From assembly GCA_035477775.1 (NCBI GenBank), contig DATIKH010000026.1:5029-69028 (forward strand): a stretch of 64,000 bases of DNA, read 5' to 3'. The first letter of the stretch is position 1; each line of letters starts with the position of its first letter. The position numbers were made by a program, and so were the translations under genes. Below the pieces are notes generated by a model. The model saw only the letters and a program-made list of their open reading frames with translations. It was not told the origin of the DNA and made no database searches. Below, in pieces: positions 54,115-63,580 of this stretch. The DNA is from Bacteroidales bacterium. Lineage in GTDB: Bacteria > Bacteroidota > Bacteroidia > Bacteroidales > UBA7960.

Positions 54115-56748
54115 ATGAAGTTTGCAGGCTTTTTGTTGTTTTTCTTTCTGCCTTTTCAGGCGCTGCTGGGGCAGGTATCGCTCGAGGGAAGGGTTGTAAG
54201 CGAGCAGGGCGAGGCGCTGCACAACATCAATATTCTTATTTACCCAAAGGGCAGCGTGGCAATTGTGGCATTTGCCGTGAGCGACCCCCAGGGCCGCTGG
54301 CGCACTGTGGTAAACAGCGCTGCCGACAGCCTCGACATAGAAGCCAGCAGCATACACTACCGCAACGAGCGCCGCCGCATTGCCAATCGCTCGCAAACAG
54401 TGCCGTTCGAACTGACGAAAGAGGTGAAGCAACTCGATGTGTTTACCGTCCGTGCCCGGGAAATTGAACAACGGGGCGATACCATCAGTTTTTTGGTAAG
54501 CGCTTTTGCGCAGGAGCAACATCGCTCCATTGCCGATGTGCTTCGCACCATGCCGGGACTGGAGGTGGAGCCTTCGGGCCGCATCCTCTACCAGGGTGCG
54601 CCTATCAATCGCTTTTATGTAGAAGGACTCGACCTGATGGGCGGCCGTTATACCATGATCAGCAACAATATGCCCCACCGCGCGGTATCAACCGTTGAGA
54701 TTTTAGAAAACCACCAGCCCATACGCATACTCGAAGAGCGGGTGCCTTCGTACCAAGCCGCCCTGAACCTGAGGCTCAAGCGCGAAATCACCACCACCGG
54801 TACCGCTAAGCTGGGCGCCGGACACGGTCCCGTGCTATGGGATGCCAATATTACGCCCATGACCTTTACCGACCGGTTTCAGGTGGTAAACTCATACCAG
54901 GCCAACAATGCAGGTCAGGATGCGGCCAAACAGCTCCGGGCTTTCACCTTCGAGGGTTTTCGCCGCCGTGTGGAACGCCCCGGGGAGAACCCCGAAATGT
55001 TAGGCATACAGTCCCTTGCCCCGCCCGACTTCAACGAGAACCGCTTTCTTGACAACAACATACACCTGCTCAACAGCAATGCCCTGATGCGCCTCAACAA
55101 CGACTTCCAGCTACGAGCCAATATCCATTTCATTACCGATAACCAGCGCCAGCAAGGCTTTACCAACCGCACCCTCTATTCGCCAGCCGACACTCTTTTC
55201 TTTGCCGAATCGCTCGAAAACCGCCTGAACGACAGCTACCTGCAGGGCGAAATCACCCTGAAGCGAAATGTTCCGGAAAATTTCCTAAACAACATACTGC
55301 GGTTCAACCGGAGGTGGGACAGCAGCCGGGGCGCGCTCAACATCAATCACCTCGGCCTGAGCCAATCGGTGAACAATCCCTTTCGCAACATTTCGAACGA
55401 ACTGAGGTCGGTCAACCCGGTGGGCAAGCATCTGGTAGAGTTTAATTCGTTTGTTTCGTTTGATCACAGTCCACAGCAACTGCTGGTAAGTCCGGGGCGC
55501 TTTGAGTTTGCGCTTGCCGGAGGCGAGAGGGTTGAAAAACTGCGTCAGGAACTTGATCTGAAGCGATTTTTTGCCGACCACTCAGCCGGCTTTACATTTA
55601 GCTGGCAGGGAATGACCATTGGCCCGCGCCTCGGCTTCTCGTACCGCCGCCAAAACCTTGCTACCGATTTGTTTTTGCAGCAGGGCGAGAGTTGGCTCGA
55701 AGCTCCGCCTGCCTTTTGCAACCAACTTGAAGGGAGCCATACCCGCGCCTATTTGGATACCGATGTGAGTTACCGTTTAAACGACCTGACGATGTCGGCC
55801 AACCTGCCGCTAAGCTGGCAGCACCTGAACCTCGACGACCATGCCCTTCAACAGGGACAACGACTCAGCCGCCTGTTGTTCGACCCCAGGCTCTCGGCCG
55901 ATTATCACATCAGCGGTTTCTGGCGCGTAAGAGGCTCGTGGAGTTACTCAACCGACCTTGGCGATATTGACGGGGTGCATTACGGCTACATTTTGAAAAA
56001 TCACCGCAACCTGCAGCAAAGCGCAACGCCACTTTCAGAAACCAGCCGCCACAACCTGTCTGCATTTGTCAGCTACCGCAACCCCATCACCTCATTCTTT
56101 AACTCGCTCAACTACTTTTTTTCAATCAGCAACCACAGCCTGATGCACAGCAACCAGGTGCAGCCAGACGGCACTACCATTCTCGAAGCCATTGAGATGC
56201 CAAACAGGGGCTTTAGCCACAACCTGAGCGGGCAAACCAGCAAATTCTTCAGCCCTACCCGAAGCACACTGTCGCTGCGCTTAAGCTATAGTTACCTCCG
56301 CCGGCAGGCGCTTCTCAACCGGCAATTGTTCGAAACATCGAACCAGTTCATAATCCTCGCCCCACAGATCAATACCCGCTTCGCCGAATGGCTTAGGGGA
56401 GAGTACAGGGCCAACCTGAACTTTATACAGACCCAAATCGGGTCGGAGAATACAAGCAATATCAGCATGCTTAGGCATTACCTCGATTTTCATGTGTTTC
56501 CGCGAAGTGGCCATTACCTTGGACTTACCACCGAATTCTACCGTCACCGGGGAAATGAAAACTTTTTCGTTGACCTGTTGTACCGCTTTACCCTCGAAAG
56601 ACGCCGCCTCGACATTGAAGCCCGCTGGCTCAACATTTTCAATACCCAAACATATACTACCTTCCATGCAAGCGCCTTTTCGGTAATCGAAACCACCTAT
56701 ATGCTCCGCCCCTCGCAGGTGCAACTTTCAGTGCGCTTCAGTTTTTAA
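54115..56748 (+). CDS. CarboxypepD_reg + plug-like + beta-barrel outer-membrane protein (TonB-dependent-receptor-like)
   Basis: Signal peptide, LEGRVVSEQGEALHNINILI, a plug-like region (IADVLRTMPGLEVEPSGRILYQGAPINRFYVEGLDL), 877 aa, and a C-terminal ..LSVRFSF with terminal Phe. Confidence 0.65.
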   Translation: MKFAGFLLFFFLPFQALLGQVSLEGRVVSEQGEALHNINILIYPKGSVAIVAFAVSDPQGRWRTVVNSAADSLDIEASSIHYRNERRRIANRSQTVPFELTKEVKQLDVFTVRAREIEQRGDTISFLVSAFAQEQHRSIADVLRTMPGLEVEPSGRILYQGAPINRFYVEGLDLMGGRYTMISNNMPHRAVSTVEILENHQPIRILEERVPSYQAALNLRLKREITTTGTAKLGAGHGPVLWDANITPMTFTDRFQVVNSYQANNAGQDAAKQLRAFTFEGFRRRVERPGENPEMLGIQSLAPPDFNENRFLDNNIHLLNSNALMRLNNDFQLRANIHFITDNQRQQGFTNRTLYSPADTLFFAESLENRLNDSYLQGEITLKRNVPENFLNNILRFNRRWDSSRGALNINHLGLSQSVNNPFRNISNELRSVNPVGKHLVEFNSFVSFDHSPQQLLVSPGRFEFALAGGERVEKLRQELDLKRFFADHSAGFTFSWQGMTIGPRLGFSYRRQNLATDLFLQQGESWLEAPPAFCNQLEGSHTRAYLDTDVSYRLNDLTMSANLPLSWQHLNLDDHALQQGQRLSRLLFDPRLSADYHISGFWRVRGSWSYSTDLGDIDGVHYGYILKNHRNLQQSATPLSETSRHNLSAFVSYRNPITSFFNSLNYFFSISNHSLMHSNQVQPDGTTILEAIEMPNRGFSHNLSGQTSKFFSPTRSTLSLRLSYSYLRRQALLNRQLFETSNQFIILAPQINTRFAEWLRGEYRANLNFIQTQIGSENTSNISMLRHYLDFHVFPRSGHYLGLTTEFYRHRGNENFFVDLLYRFTLERRRLDIEARWLNIFNTQTYTTFHASAFSVIETTYMLRPSQVQLSVRFSF

Positions 56749-56780
56749 CACCGATACAGCATCTTTTCCGGTAAAAAACG

Positions 56781-56811
56781 CCGAAACCCACTCTTCAAGA
56801 GCGGGTTTCGG
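56781..56811. terminator. Terminator hairpin between convergent OMP genes
   Basis: ccgaaacccactc / gagcgggtttcgg with one mismatch. The A-run upstream reads as a U-tract for the minus-strand gene. The T-tract on the plus side is weak. Confidence 0.6.
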
Positions 56812-56858
56812 TTGTGCTAAGTTTCAAAACAAAGCTTGTAAAAGGCTTACAACTTCTT

Positions 56859-57950
56859 TTACCTGAAGCTGATACCTACGCCTGCAGTAGCCACGGGATA
56901 GCGGGCCAGGGTATAGGAAGCATGAAAATGCAGCACGGCAAGTTTAAAACCGGCTCCTACTGTAAACTGAAACTCCCCTGAGTTCCTATACTCAAGCGTC
57001 ATGGGATTGCTTAGATCCACGATGTTGGCCGTACGCAGTACCGGGTCTACATTCAACACCGGATAGTCGCCCACCAGACCAAAGGTCGTATTTGAAGAAG
57101 CATAGCCGAGTGAGGTAAAAGCCGTGAAAAAAGGAATGTCAATCGAGGCGATCAGGTTTATGGTATATCCGCTGGAGTTCATCTCAAACTCCTGGTTGTC
57201 GTAGCTAGGCCTTCCGCCCGTAACAGGAATCCCGCTTACGGTCGTAGGGTATATATTCCTCTGTAAATCAAGATCCATTGAGGCATTAAGGTCTGAATAA
57301 GCGCCAAGCAACGACAGATTCCAGAATGGCACCCGGCGGGCAACGGGTATCAGGCTTTTTAAATCGTATTTGACACCTACCCCCCAAAGGGAACCTTGAC
57401 GGCCCCGGTAGTTAAGCTGAGGAACAAAGCGCCCAAACAATTCAAAACCTCCTGGTAATCCAATACCTGCCCTGACCATGGGTATAGGCACAGCAGGCAC
57501 ACGGAACCCGTCGGGTGAAGCAAACTCAAGAATGGTAACAGGAGTAGGTACAGGAGGGAAGCTCTCCGAATAGTGAAGCACAGGCCTGGCAGATTCGCGG
57601 CCGGCAATGGTTGGCGCCATAAAGACACTCGGATCGCGAAGCTGAAGATTGTCAAACGCTATTTGCCTGAGATCAAACATCCTGTCTTCACTTGGAATCA
57701 AGGCAGTGTTGAAGGTAAACGTAACATTGAAGCCCAGGGTATTGTGAACCCGTGCCGTATTGAACCAACCTGCGTTCAATGTCGCACCAAGTCCGTAGCC
57801 GAGTGGCTTCATATAGGCGTGGGCAAGTTTCTCTGCATCGCTGATTCCTCCCCGCATAAAATCGACAACTGCTTGCTGGGAATGAGCTCTCAAAGAGATC
57901 AAAGAAAATACCGCTAAAAACAACCAACTGATGGTTCTGGTTTTTTTCAT
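56859..57950 (-). CDS. Hypothetical outer-membrane beta-barrel-like protein
   Basis: Signal peptide MKKTRTISWLFLAVFSLISLRAHS and a Gly/aromatic alternating pattern. I do not securely recognise the family. Confidence 0.45.
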   Translation of the reverse strand: MKKTRTISWLFLAVFSLISLRAHSQQAVVDFMRGGISDAEKLAHAYMKPLGYGLGATLNAGWFNTARVHNTLGFNVTFTFNTALIPSEDRMFDLRQIAFDNLQLRDPSVFMAPTIAGRESARPVLHYSESFPPVPTPVTILEFASPDGFRVPAVPIPMVRAGIGLPGGFELFGRFVPQLNYRGRQGSLWGVGVKYDLKSLIPVARRVPFWNLSLLGAYSDLNASMDLDLQRNIYPTTVSGIPVTGGRPSYDNQEFEMNSSGYTINLIASIDIPFFTAFTSLGYASSNTTFGLVGDYPVLNVDPVLRTANIVDLSNPMTLEYRNSGEFQFTVGAGFKLAVLHFHASYTLARYPVATAGVGISFR

Positions 57951-58423
57951 AAGTAATGGTTTTAATGGTTAAAATGCTCGTCTGTGGCGATTGAACTTGT
58001 GTGTGTCAATTATCAAATGTGTAAAAAAACCTCCTTTTAAAACAATTCTCCCAATTTGAAAAAGAAGACTTCTGAACCAGCAGAGCCTTCGGTCACCAAA
58101 CTGCTTTTTTTCCAACAAAATCAATCGTAAAGGATTACACCCTCTGAAGTTTTGGTTAAAAACTGAAGAACTCTATATTTCAACGCAGGATTAATCAAAT
58201 TAGTTTGTTAGGTATAAAAATTCACAGGAAATTATCCTCCAAATAATTAAATGGAAATGGGTATTCGAAAACAATCAATGGCATTGTGCTTCCTTTTTTT
58301 CAAAAACGATATGACCAAGACTACCTAAATACCCGGCTTAAAAAAAACCGGAAAAACGGGTTGGTAAAACAACCTATGTTGAACTTCTTACTCCTTTCCA
58401 TCAGTCCATCGGCAATCTATGTT

Positions 58424-58431
58424 TAACTTTG
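58424..58431 (+). promoter_or_regulatory. Bacteroidota-type -7 box (TAnnTTTG)
   Basis: TAACTTTG lies 25 nt upstream of the aspS ATG. Confidence 0.4.
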
Positions 58432-58455
58432 CCGCTTAATCAATACCCTTAAACA

Positions 58456-60198
58456 ATGCTTAGAACCCATACATGCGGCGAATTGCGGATTGCTGATGCA
58501 GGAAAAGAAGTAACACTTGCAGGCTGGTTGCAGCGTTCGCGCGATTTAGGAGGGATGACATTTATTGATTTACGCGACCGTTACGGCCTCACGCAACTGG
58601 CCTTCAATATGGAAGAGGATGCGGATTTGTGCAAAAAAGCACGGGCTATGGGTAGGGAATATGTGCTACAGGCAAAAGGTCGTGTGGTGGAACGAAGCAA
58701 TAAAAACCCCAATCTGCCAACTGGCGATATCGAAATTTTAGTTTCTGAAATCACCGTATTGAACCCGGCAGCCACGCCGCCATTTACCATCGAGGAGAAC
58801 ACCGACGGAGGCGATGAACTCCGGATGAAATTTCGCTATCTCGATATTCGGCGCAACCTGGTTCGCCGAAACCTGGAACTGCGGCACCAGATGGCCTTTG
58901 AAACCCGCCGGTTTCTGAGCGAAAACCACTTTCTGGAAATCGAAACTCCGGTTCTGATCAAGTCAACACCCGAAGGTGCCCGCGATTTTCTGGTTCCTTC
59001 GCGCGTGCACGCCGGGCAGTTTTATGCGCTGCCACAATCGCCGCAAACCTTCAAGCAACTGCTCATGGTGGGCGGAATCGACAGGTATTTTCAAATAGTA
59101 AAATGCTTTCGCGACGAAGACCTGAGAGCCGACCGCCAGCCGGAGTTCACGCAGATCGACTGTGAAATGTCGTTTGTAACACGCAACGACGTGCTGGAAA
59201 CCTTCGAAGGCTTGGCAAAGCACCTTTTTAAGTCCGTAAAAGGTATAAACAATTTGGATTTTGAGCGTATCAGCTATCATGACGCCATAAAGTATTATGG
59301 CAGCGACAAACCCGACACCAGGTTCGGAATGCGCTTTGTAGATATCACCGGTCTGGTAAAAGGAAGCGGATTTCAGGTTTTCGACGAGGCAGAGCTGGTG
59401 GTGGGGATAAAAGCCGAGGGTTGTGCAGATTACACCCGCAAGCAAATCGATGAACTTACCGAGTGGGTCCGGCGGCCTCAGATTGGCGCCAAAGGCCTGG
59501 TATATGTAAAACACAACACAGATGGGACATTCAAGACATCGGTCGAAAAGTTTTTTCAGGAAGGCCAAATTCAAAAATGGATAGAAGCCTTTGAATCCAA
59601 GCCCGGCGATTTGTTGCTGATACTTGCAGGCGAAGCCCTTCCAACCCGAAAAGCCTTAGGGGAACTGCGTCTCGAAATGGGCAGGCGCCTCGGTTTGCGA
59701 AACCCCGATACATTTGCCTGCCTGTGGGTAGTTGATTTTCCACTGCTCGAATGGAATCCGGAAGCCCGGCGGTACTTTGCCATGCACCATCCCTTTACCG
59801 CACCCCTTCCCGACGACACACACCTGCTGGACTCCGATCCGGGCAAGGCCCGTGCCAATGCATACGATATGGTAATAAACGGTGTTGAAGTTGGTGGAGG
59901 CTCCATCAGGATCTTTGACCGGCCGCTCCAGGAAAAAATGTTTGAGGTACTTGGGTTTACACCCGAAGAGGCCCGAAACCAGTTTGGATTCCTGCTGGAA
60001 GCCTTCCGTTATGGCGCCCCTCCGCACGGTGGTATTGCTTTCGGATTCGACAGACTGTGTGCACTTTTTGGAGGCTCCGATTCGATCCGCGATTTCATTG
60101 CCTTTCCGAAAAACAACGCAGCCCGCGACGTCATGATCGACAGCCCATCACCTGTTGACCTTGCACAGCTCAAGGAACTTCATCTCAAACTGGAGTAA
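58456..60198 (+). CDS. aspS: Aspartate--tRNA ligase
   Basis: [20 protein letters not shown], class II motifs ([18 protein letters not shown] and GGGSIRI) and a C-terminal FGFDRL. Confidence 0.95.
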   Translation: MLRTHTCGELRIADAGKEVTLAGWLQRSRDLGGMTFIDLRDRYGLTQLAFNMEEDADLCKKARAMGREYVLQAKGRVVERSNKNPNLPTGDIEILVSEITVLNPAATPPFTIEENTDGGDELRMKFRYLDIRRNLVRRNLELRHQMAFETRRFLSENHFLEIETPVLIKSTPEGARDFLVPSRVHAGQFYALPQSPQTFKQLLMVGGIDRYFQIVKCFRDEDLRADRQPEFTQIDCEMSFVTRNDVLETFEGLAKHLFKSVKGINNLDFERISYHDAIKYYGSDKPDTRFGMRFVDITGLVKGSGFQVFDEAELVVGIKAEGCADYTRKQIDELTEWVRRPQIGAKGLVYVKHNTDGTFKTSVEKFFQEGQIQKWIEAFESKPGDLLLILAGEALPTRKALGELRLEMGRRLGLRNPDTFACLWVVDFPLLEWNPEARRYFAMHHPFTAPLPDDTHLLDSDPGKARANAYDMVINGVEVGGGSIRIFDRPLQEKMFEVLGFTPEEARNQFGFLLEAFRYGAPPHGGIAFGFDRLCALFGGSDSIRDFIAFPKNNAARDVMIDSPSPVDLAQLKELHLKLE

Positions 60199-60219
60199 TC
60201 AAGGCAATGTAGAAAATTT

Positions 60220-60321
60220 TTTATCCTTTATCCCTGACTGTCCTCCCGAGGCGGATAAACCCTGCCTGACCGGCAGGCGGGCGTCAGGCAGACTTTATCC
60301 TTTATCCTTTATCCTTTATCC
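60220..60321. repeat. TTTATCC heptamer microsatellite (2 + 4 copies) flanking a GC-rich hairpin
   Basis: Copies at 60220..60233 (two) and 60294..60321 (four). The hairpin is ggataaa-cc-ctgcctgac..gtcaggcag-ac-tttatcc (60253..60300). Confidence 0.85.
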
Positions 60322-60332
60322 TTCCTTCCCCC

Positions 60333-62285
60333 TTGATCTCCCTAAACAACATATCGGTTCAATTCGGCGGGAGCCTGCTTTTCGATGAGGTTTCATTCAT
60401 TATTAACAGGCGCGATCGTATCGGGCTTACCGGCAGGAACGGAGCAGGGAAAACCACCCTGATGCGTATCATCAAAGGAATCATGACCCCTTCGACCGGA
60501 CAGGTTGCGATTCCTGCTGCAAGCAGTATTGGTTTTTTACCACAGGAACTGACATTAACAAGCCGGCAGAAAGTCATTGACGAAACTGTAACCGCATTTA
60601 CCGAGTTAAAGGAACTTGAAAAGAGAATCTCTCATTTGAACAACGCCCTTGAACAGGCAAACGAGGGCCATGTGGAGAAAAAATCAGGGCTGTTTGAAAA
60701 ACTGGTGGAGGCCAACGAAAGGTACTCCATGCTTGGAGGTGCCACCCAGCACGCGAGGGCTGAAAAAATGCTGCTCGGACTTGGTTTTGGAAGGCATGAC
60801 CTTGCCAGACCAATGTCAGAATTTAGCGGTGGCTGGCAAATGAGGGTAGAGCTGGCCAAAATCCTGCTTCAAAGCCCCGACCTGCTCATGCTCGATGAGC
60901 CCACCAACCACCTGGACATAGAATCCATCCAGTGGCTTGAAAGCTTTTTGGCCGACTACCCGGGAGCGGTAATGATGGTTTCGCACGACAGGGCCTTTCT
61001 CGATAATGTTACCACCCGGACTATAGAGCTGAGCATGGGCAAGGCTTATGATTACAAAGCGTGCTATTCGGATTACGTCATGTTGCGCGAGGAGCGGCTC
61101 GACCAGGAAATGGCAGCCTTCAGCAACCAGCAGAGGCAGATTGCACAGATTGAGCGATTCATAACGAGGTTTCGCGCCAAAAACACCAAGGCCAAGCAGG
61201 TGCAAAGCAAGATTAAACTGCTCAATAAGATGGAGAAAGTTGAAGTGGATGAGCTCGACAAAAGCAGCATCCATTTTCGATTTCCGGAAGCGCCTCCCAG
61301 CGGCAAGGTGGTTGTAGAAGCTATTGGCGTTTCCAAGAATTATGGGAACAGGGTGGTTTTAAGCGACCTCAGCTTTAGTGTGGCCAAAGGCGAGCGGATT
61401 GCATTCGTTGGCCGCAACGGCGAGGGTAAAACCACCCTGGTGCGGATTTTACTTGGGGAGCTGGAACATCAAGGTATCATAAAGCTTGGTCATAATGTAA
61501 AGTTGGGATACTATGCCCAAAATCAGGCCGAATACCTTGACCCTGACAAAACTGTATTCCAGACCATCGACGATGTGGCAGCCGGAGAGGTTCGCAAACG
61601 AATCCGGAGCATCCTTGGTGGGTTTCTATTCAGCGGCGAGGATATCGACAAGAAGGTTAAGGTGCTCTCAGGCGGTGAGAAATCGAGGCTGGCCATCGCC
61701 AGTTTGCTGCTTGAACCGGTCAACCTGCTTATTCTTGACGAGCCCACCAACCACCTCGATATGAGGTCAAAGGACATCCTGAAGAGCGCCCTGCTGCAGT
61801 TTGCCGGAACGGTTATCGTGGTTTCGCACGACCGCGACTTTTTGCAGGGACTTACCACAAAGGTTTTTGAGTTTCGCAATCACAAAATAAAAGAGTTCAT
61901 TGGCGATGTATATGACTTTATTGCACATCGAAACCTGGTTTCTTTAAACGCGTTGCAAGGTGGCATGAAAACGAGTACATCCTCCAACAAACAAGATTCT
62001 CCGGAAGCCAAAGCCACATGGGAGCGCAAGAAGCAATGGGAGCGCGAACGCAAGAAACTTCAAAACGCTCTTGAGAAAACTGAGAGAGAAATTGCTTCGT
62101 TCGAAAAAGAATTGACAAGTTTGGAAGAAATCATTGCCACTCCGCAACTTGAACCCAACCTGATACAATCGGGCGAAATATTTACCAGATACGAGTCTGC
62201 AAAAACACAAGCCGCCAAGGCGGAAGCCGAATGGGTAAACCTGATGGGAAAACTGGAAGCCCTTGAAGAAGATTTTCCGGGCTGA
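60333..62285 (+). CDS. ABC-F family ATPase with a C-terminal coiled coil
   Basis: Two ABC domains (GRNGAGKTT and GRNGEGKTT; LSGGWQMR and LSGGEKSR), no TM domain, and a Lys/Glu-rich C-terminal helix. TTG start. Confidence 0.9.
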   Translation: MISLNNISVQFGGSLLFDEVSFIINRRDRIGLTGRNGAGKTTLMRIIKGIMTPSTGQVAIPAASSIGFLPQELTLTSRQKVIDETVTAFTELKELEKRISHLNNALEQANEGHVEKKSGLFEKLVEANERYSMLGGATQHARAEKMLLGLGFGRHDLARPMSEFSGGWQMRVELAKILLQSPDLLMLDEPTNHLDIESIQWLESFLADYPGAVMMVSHDRAFLDNVTTRTIELSMGKAYDYKACYSDYVMLREERLDQEMAAFSNQQRQIAQIERFITRFRAKNTKAKQVQSKIKLLNKMEKVEVDELDKSSIHFRFPEAPPSGKVVVEAIGVSKNYGNRVVLSDLSFSVAKGERIAFVGRNGEGKTTLVRILLGELEHQGIIKLGHNVKLGYYAQNQAEYLDPDKTVFQTIDDVAAGEVRKRIRSILGGFLFSGEDIDKKVKVLSGGEKSRLAIASLLLEPVNLLILDEPTNHLDMRSKDILKSALLQFAGTVIVVSHDRDFLQGLTTKVFEFRNHKIKEFIGDVYDFIAHRNLVSLNALQGGMKTSTSSNKQDSPEAKATWERKKQWERERKKLQNALEKTEREIASFEKELTSLEEIIATPQLEPNLIQSGEIFTRYESAKTQAAKAEAEWVNLMGKLEALEEDFPG

Positions 62286-62320
62286 CCAGGCAGGCAGGGC
62301 ATTTTACCGGAAGCCCAATC

Positions 62321-63571
62321 CTATTCGTATCGAAGCGACTCGATGGGATCTAAAGCGGCAGCCCTTGCTGCGGGATAATATCCGGCCAACAGGCCAACCC
62401 CGGCACATAAAAGAACCCCTCCCAGAACCCACAACCAGGGAACCACGAACACATTGCCAATCAAAACCGATATAAGATTGCCAATCAAAACCCCAAGCAC
62501 AATACCTAAAGCGCCTCCGATCTGACAGATAATTATTGCTTCAGAAAGAAATTGCTGTTTGATAACCTTTCGGGTAGCACCTAAGGCTTTTCGGATACCT
62601 ATTTCCTGAGTTCTTTCTGTTACCGAAACAAGCATAATGTTCATAAGACCAATTGCAGCCCCCAAAAGGGTGATCAATCCAATGAGCGTGGCAGCAACAG
62701 TAACATATCTGAGATTTTCTATTAAGGCCTGGGCAATATTATCGCTGCGGGCCACATCGAAATTGTTGTCTTCGCCCGAGGGAACCCTTCTGATTACTCT
62801 GAAAAATCCGGTTGCTTCGCCAATAGCAGCTTCCATGTCTTTTACATTGTTGGAGCTGACCGAAACCGTAAAATTCATTTGAGGCCTTGAAAAGTTATTG
62901 CGGGCAGCCAGCAAGGGTATAACACAGCGGAGGTCTTCAGAAAAACCCATACCCGTGCCCTTTTCCACCAAAACGCCTATCACCTGGTAACGTGTATTGC
63001 CAATGGTTACAGATGCGCCTAATGGGTCTTCGTTGTTCGGGAAAAGGGTTTGGGCTACATTGGAGCCCAGAATTATTACGTTTTCTCCAAATTCGATTTC
63101 ATGTGGCGAAAAATTGCGTCCTTTGGCTAATTCATTGCCCGAAGCAACAAGGTAGTTTTCGTCACTCCCCAGCACCGAAATGTTGGGATTGGTTTCCCTG
63201 GACCCATAACGCACAACTACGGCTGAGGTTCCTGAAACTGAAACCGAAACCCGGGCGGGAAAATTAAACCCCTCCTTGAACGATGCGGCCTCATCGTAGG
63301 TTATATGCCTGAAAACCCGTGGCTCATTACCCCGATCTCCGGTCTGAATAATCATTTCACGGTTTCTAATGGTAAAACTGTTGGCTCCGAGGCGCGCAAA
63401 GTTGTCGGTTATCGACGATCGAATGGAATCAATAGCAGTTAAAATCCCCACCAGAGCCATGATGCCAAAGGCTATAATCAGCACGGTCAGCGAGGTCCGT
63501 AGCAGGTGGCTTCGGATAGAGGTTATTGAAATTCGAATATTTTCTTTAAAAACTGACCCAAAGTTTACCAT
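62321..63571 (-). CDS. MacB-like ABC transporter permease (MacB_PCD + FtsX)
   Basis: N-terminal TM helix, a periplasmic domain, and a C-terminal FtsX region (RTQEIGIRKALGA). No cognate ATPase is adjacent. Confidence 0.85.
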   Translation of the reverse strand: MVNFGSVFKENIRISITSIRSHLLRTSLTVLIIAFGIMALVGILTAIDSIRSSITDNFARLGANSFTIRNREMIIQTGDRGNEPRVFRHITYDEAASFKEGFNFPARVSVSVSGTSAVVVRYGSRETNPNISVLGSDENYLVASGNELAKGRNFSPHEIEFGENVIILGSNVAQTLFPNNEDPLGASVTIGNTRYQVIGVLVEKGTGMGFSEDLRCVIPLLAARNNFSRPQMNFTVSVSSNNVKDMEAAIGEATGFFRVIRRVPSGEDNNFDVARSDNIAQALIENLRYVTVAATLIGLITLLGAAIGLMNIMLVSVTERTQEIGIRKALGATRKVIKQQFLSEAIIICQIGGALGIVLGVLIGNLISVLIGNVFVVPWLWVLGGVLLCAGVGLLAGYYPAARAAALDPIESLRYE

Positions 63572-63580
63572 GGTGGCCTG

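Noticed and set aside
53980-54678. 232-aa minus-strand ORF overlapping the GLPGLI-3 3' end and the start of the barrel gene.
   Set aside because: It is antisense to a GC-rich gene with clear CarboxypepD_reg/plug motifs. It has no signal, no motif and no plausible promoter context. It is a typical high-GC shadow ORF.
60220-60321. Short direct repeats that might hint at a CRISPR array.
   Set aside because: The units are 7 nt and contiguous, which makes this a microsatellite. There are no 25-40-nt repeats separated by unique spacers and no cas genes in the window.
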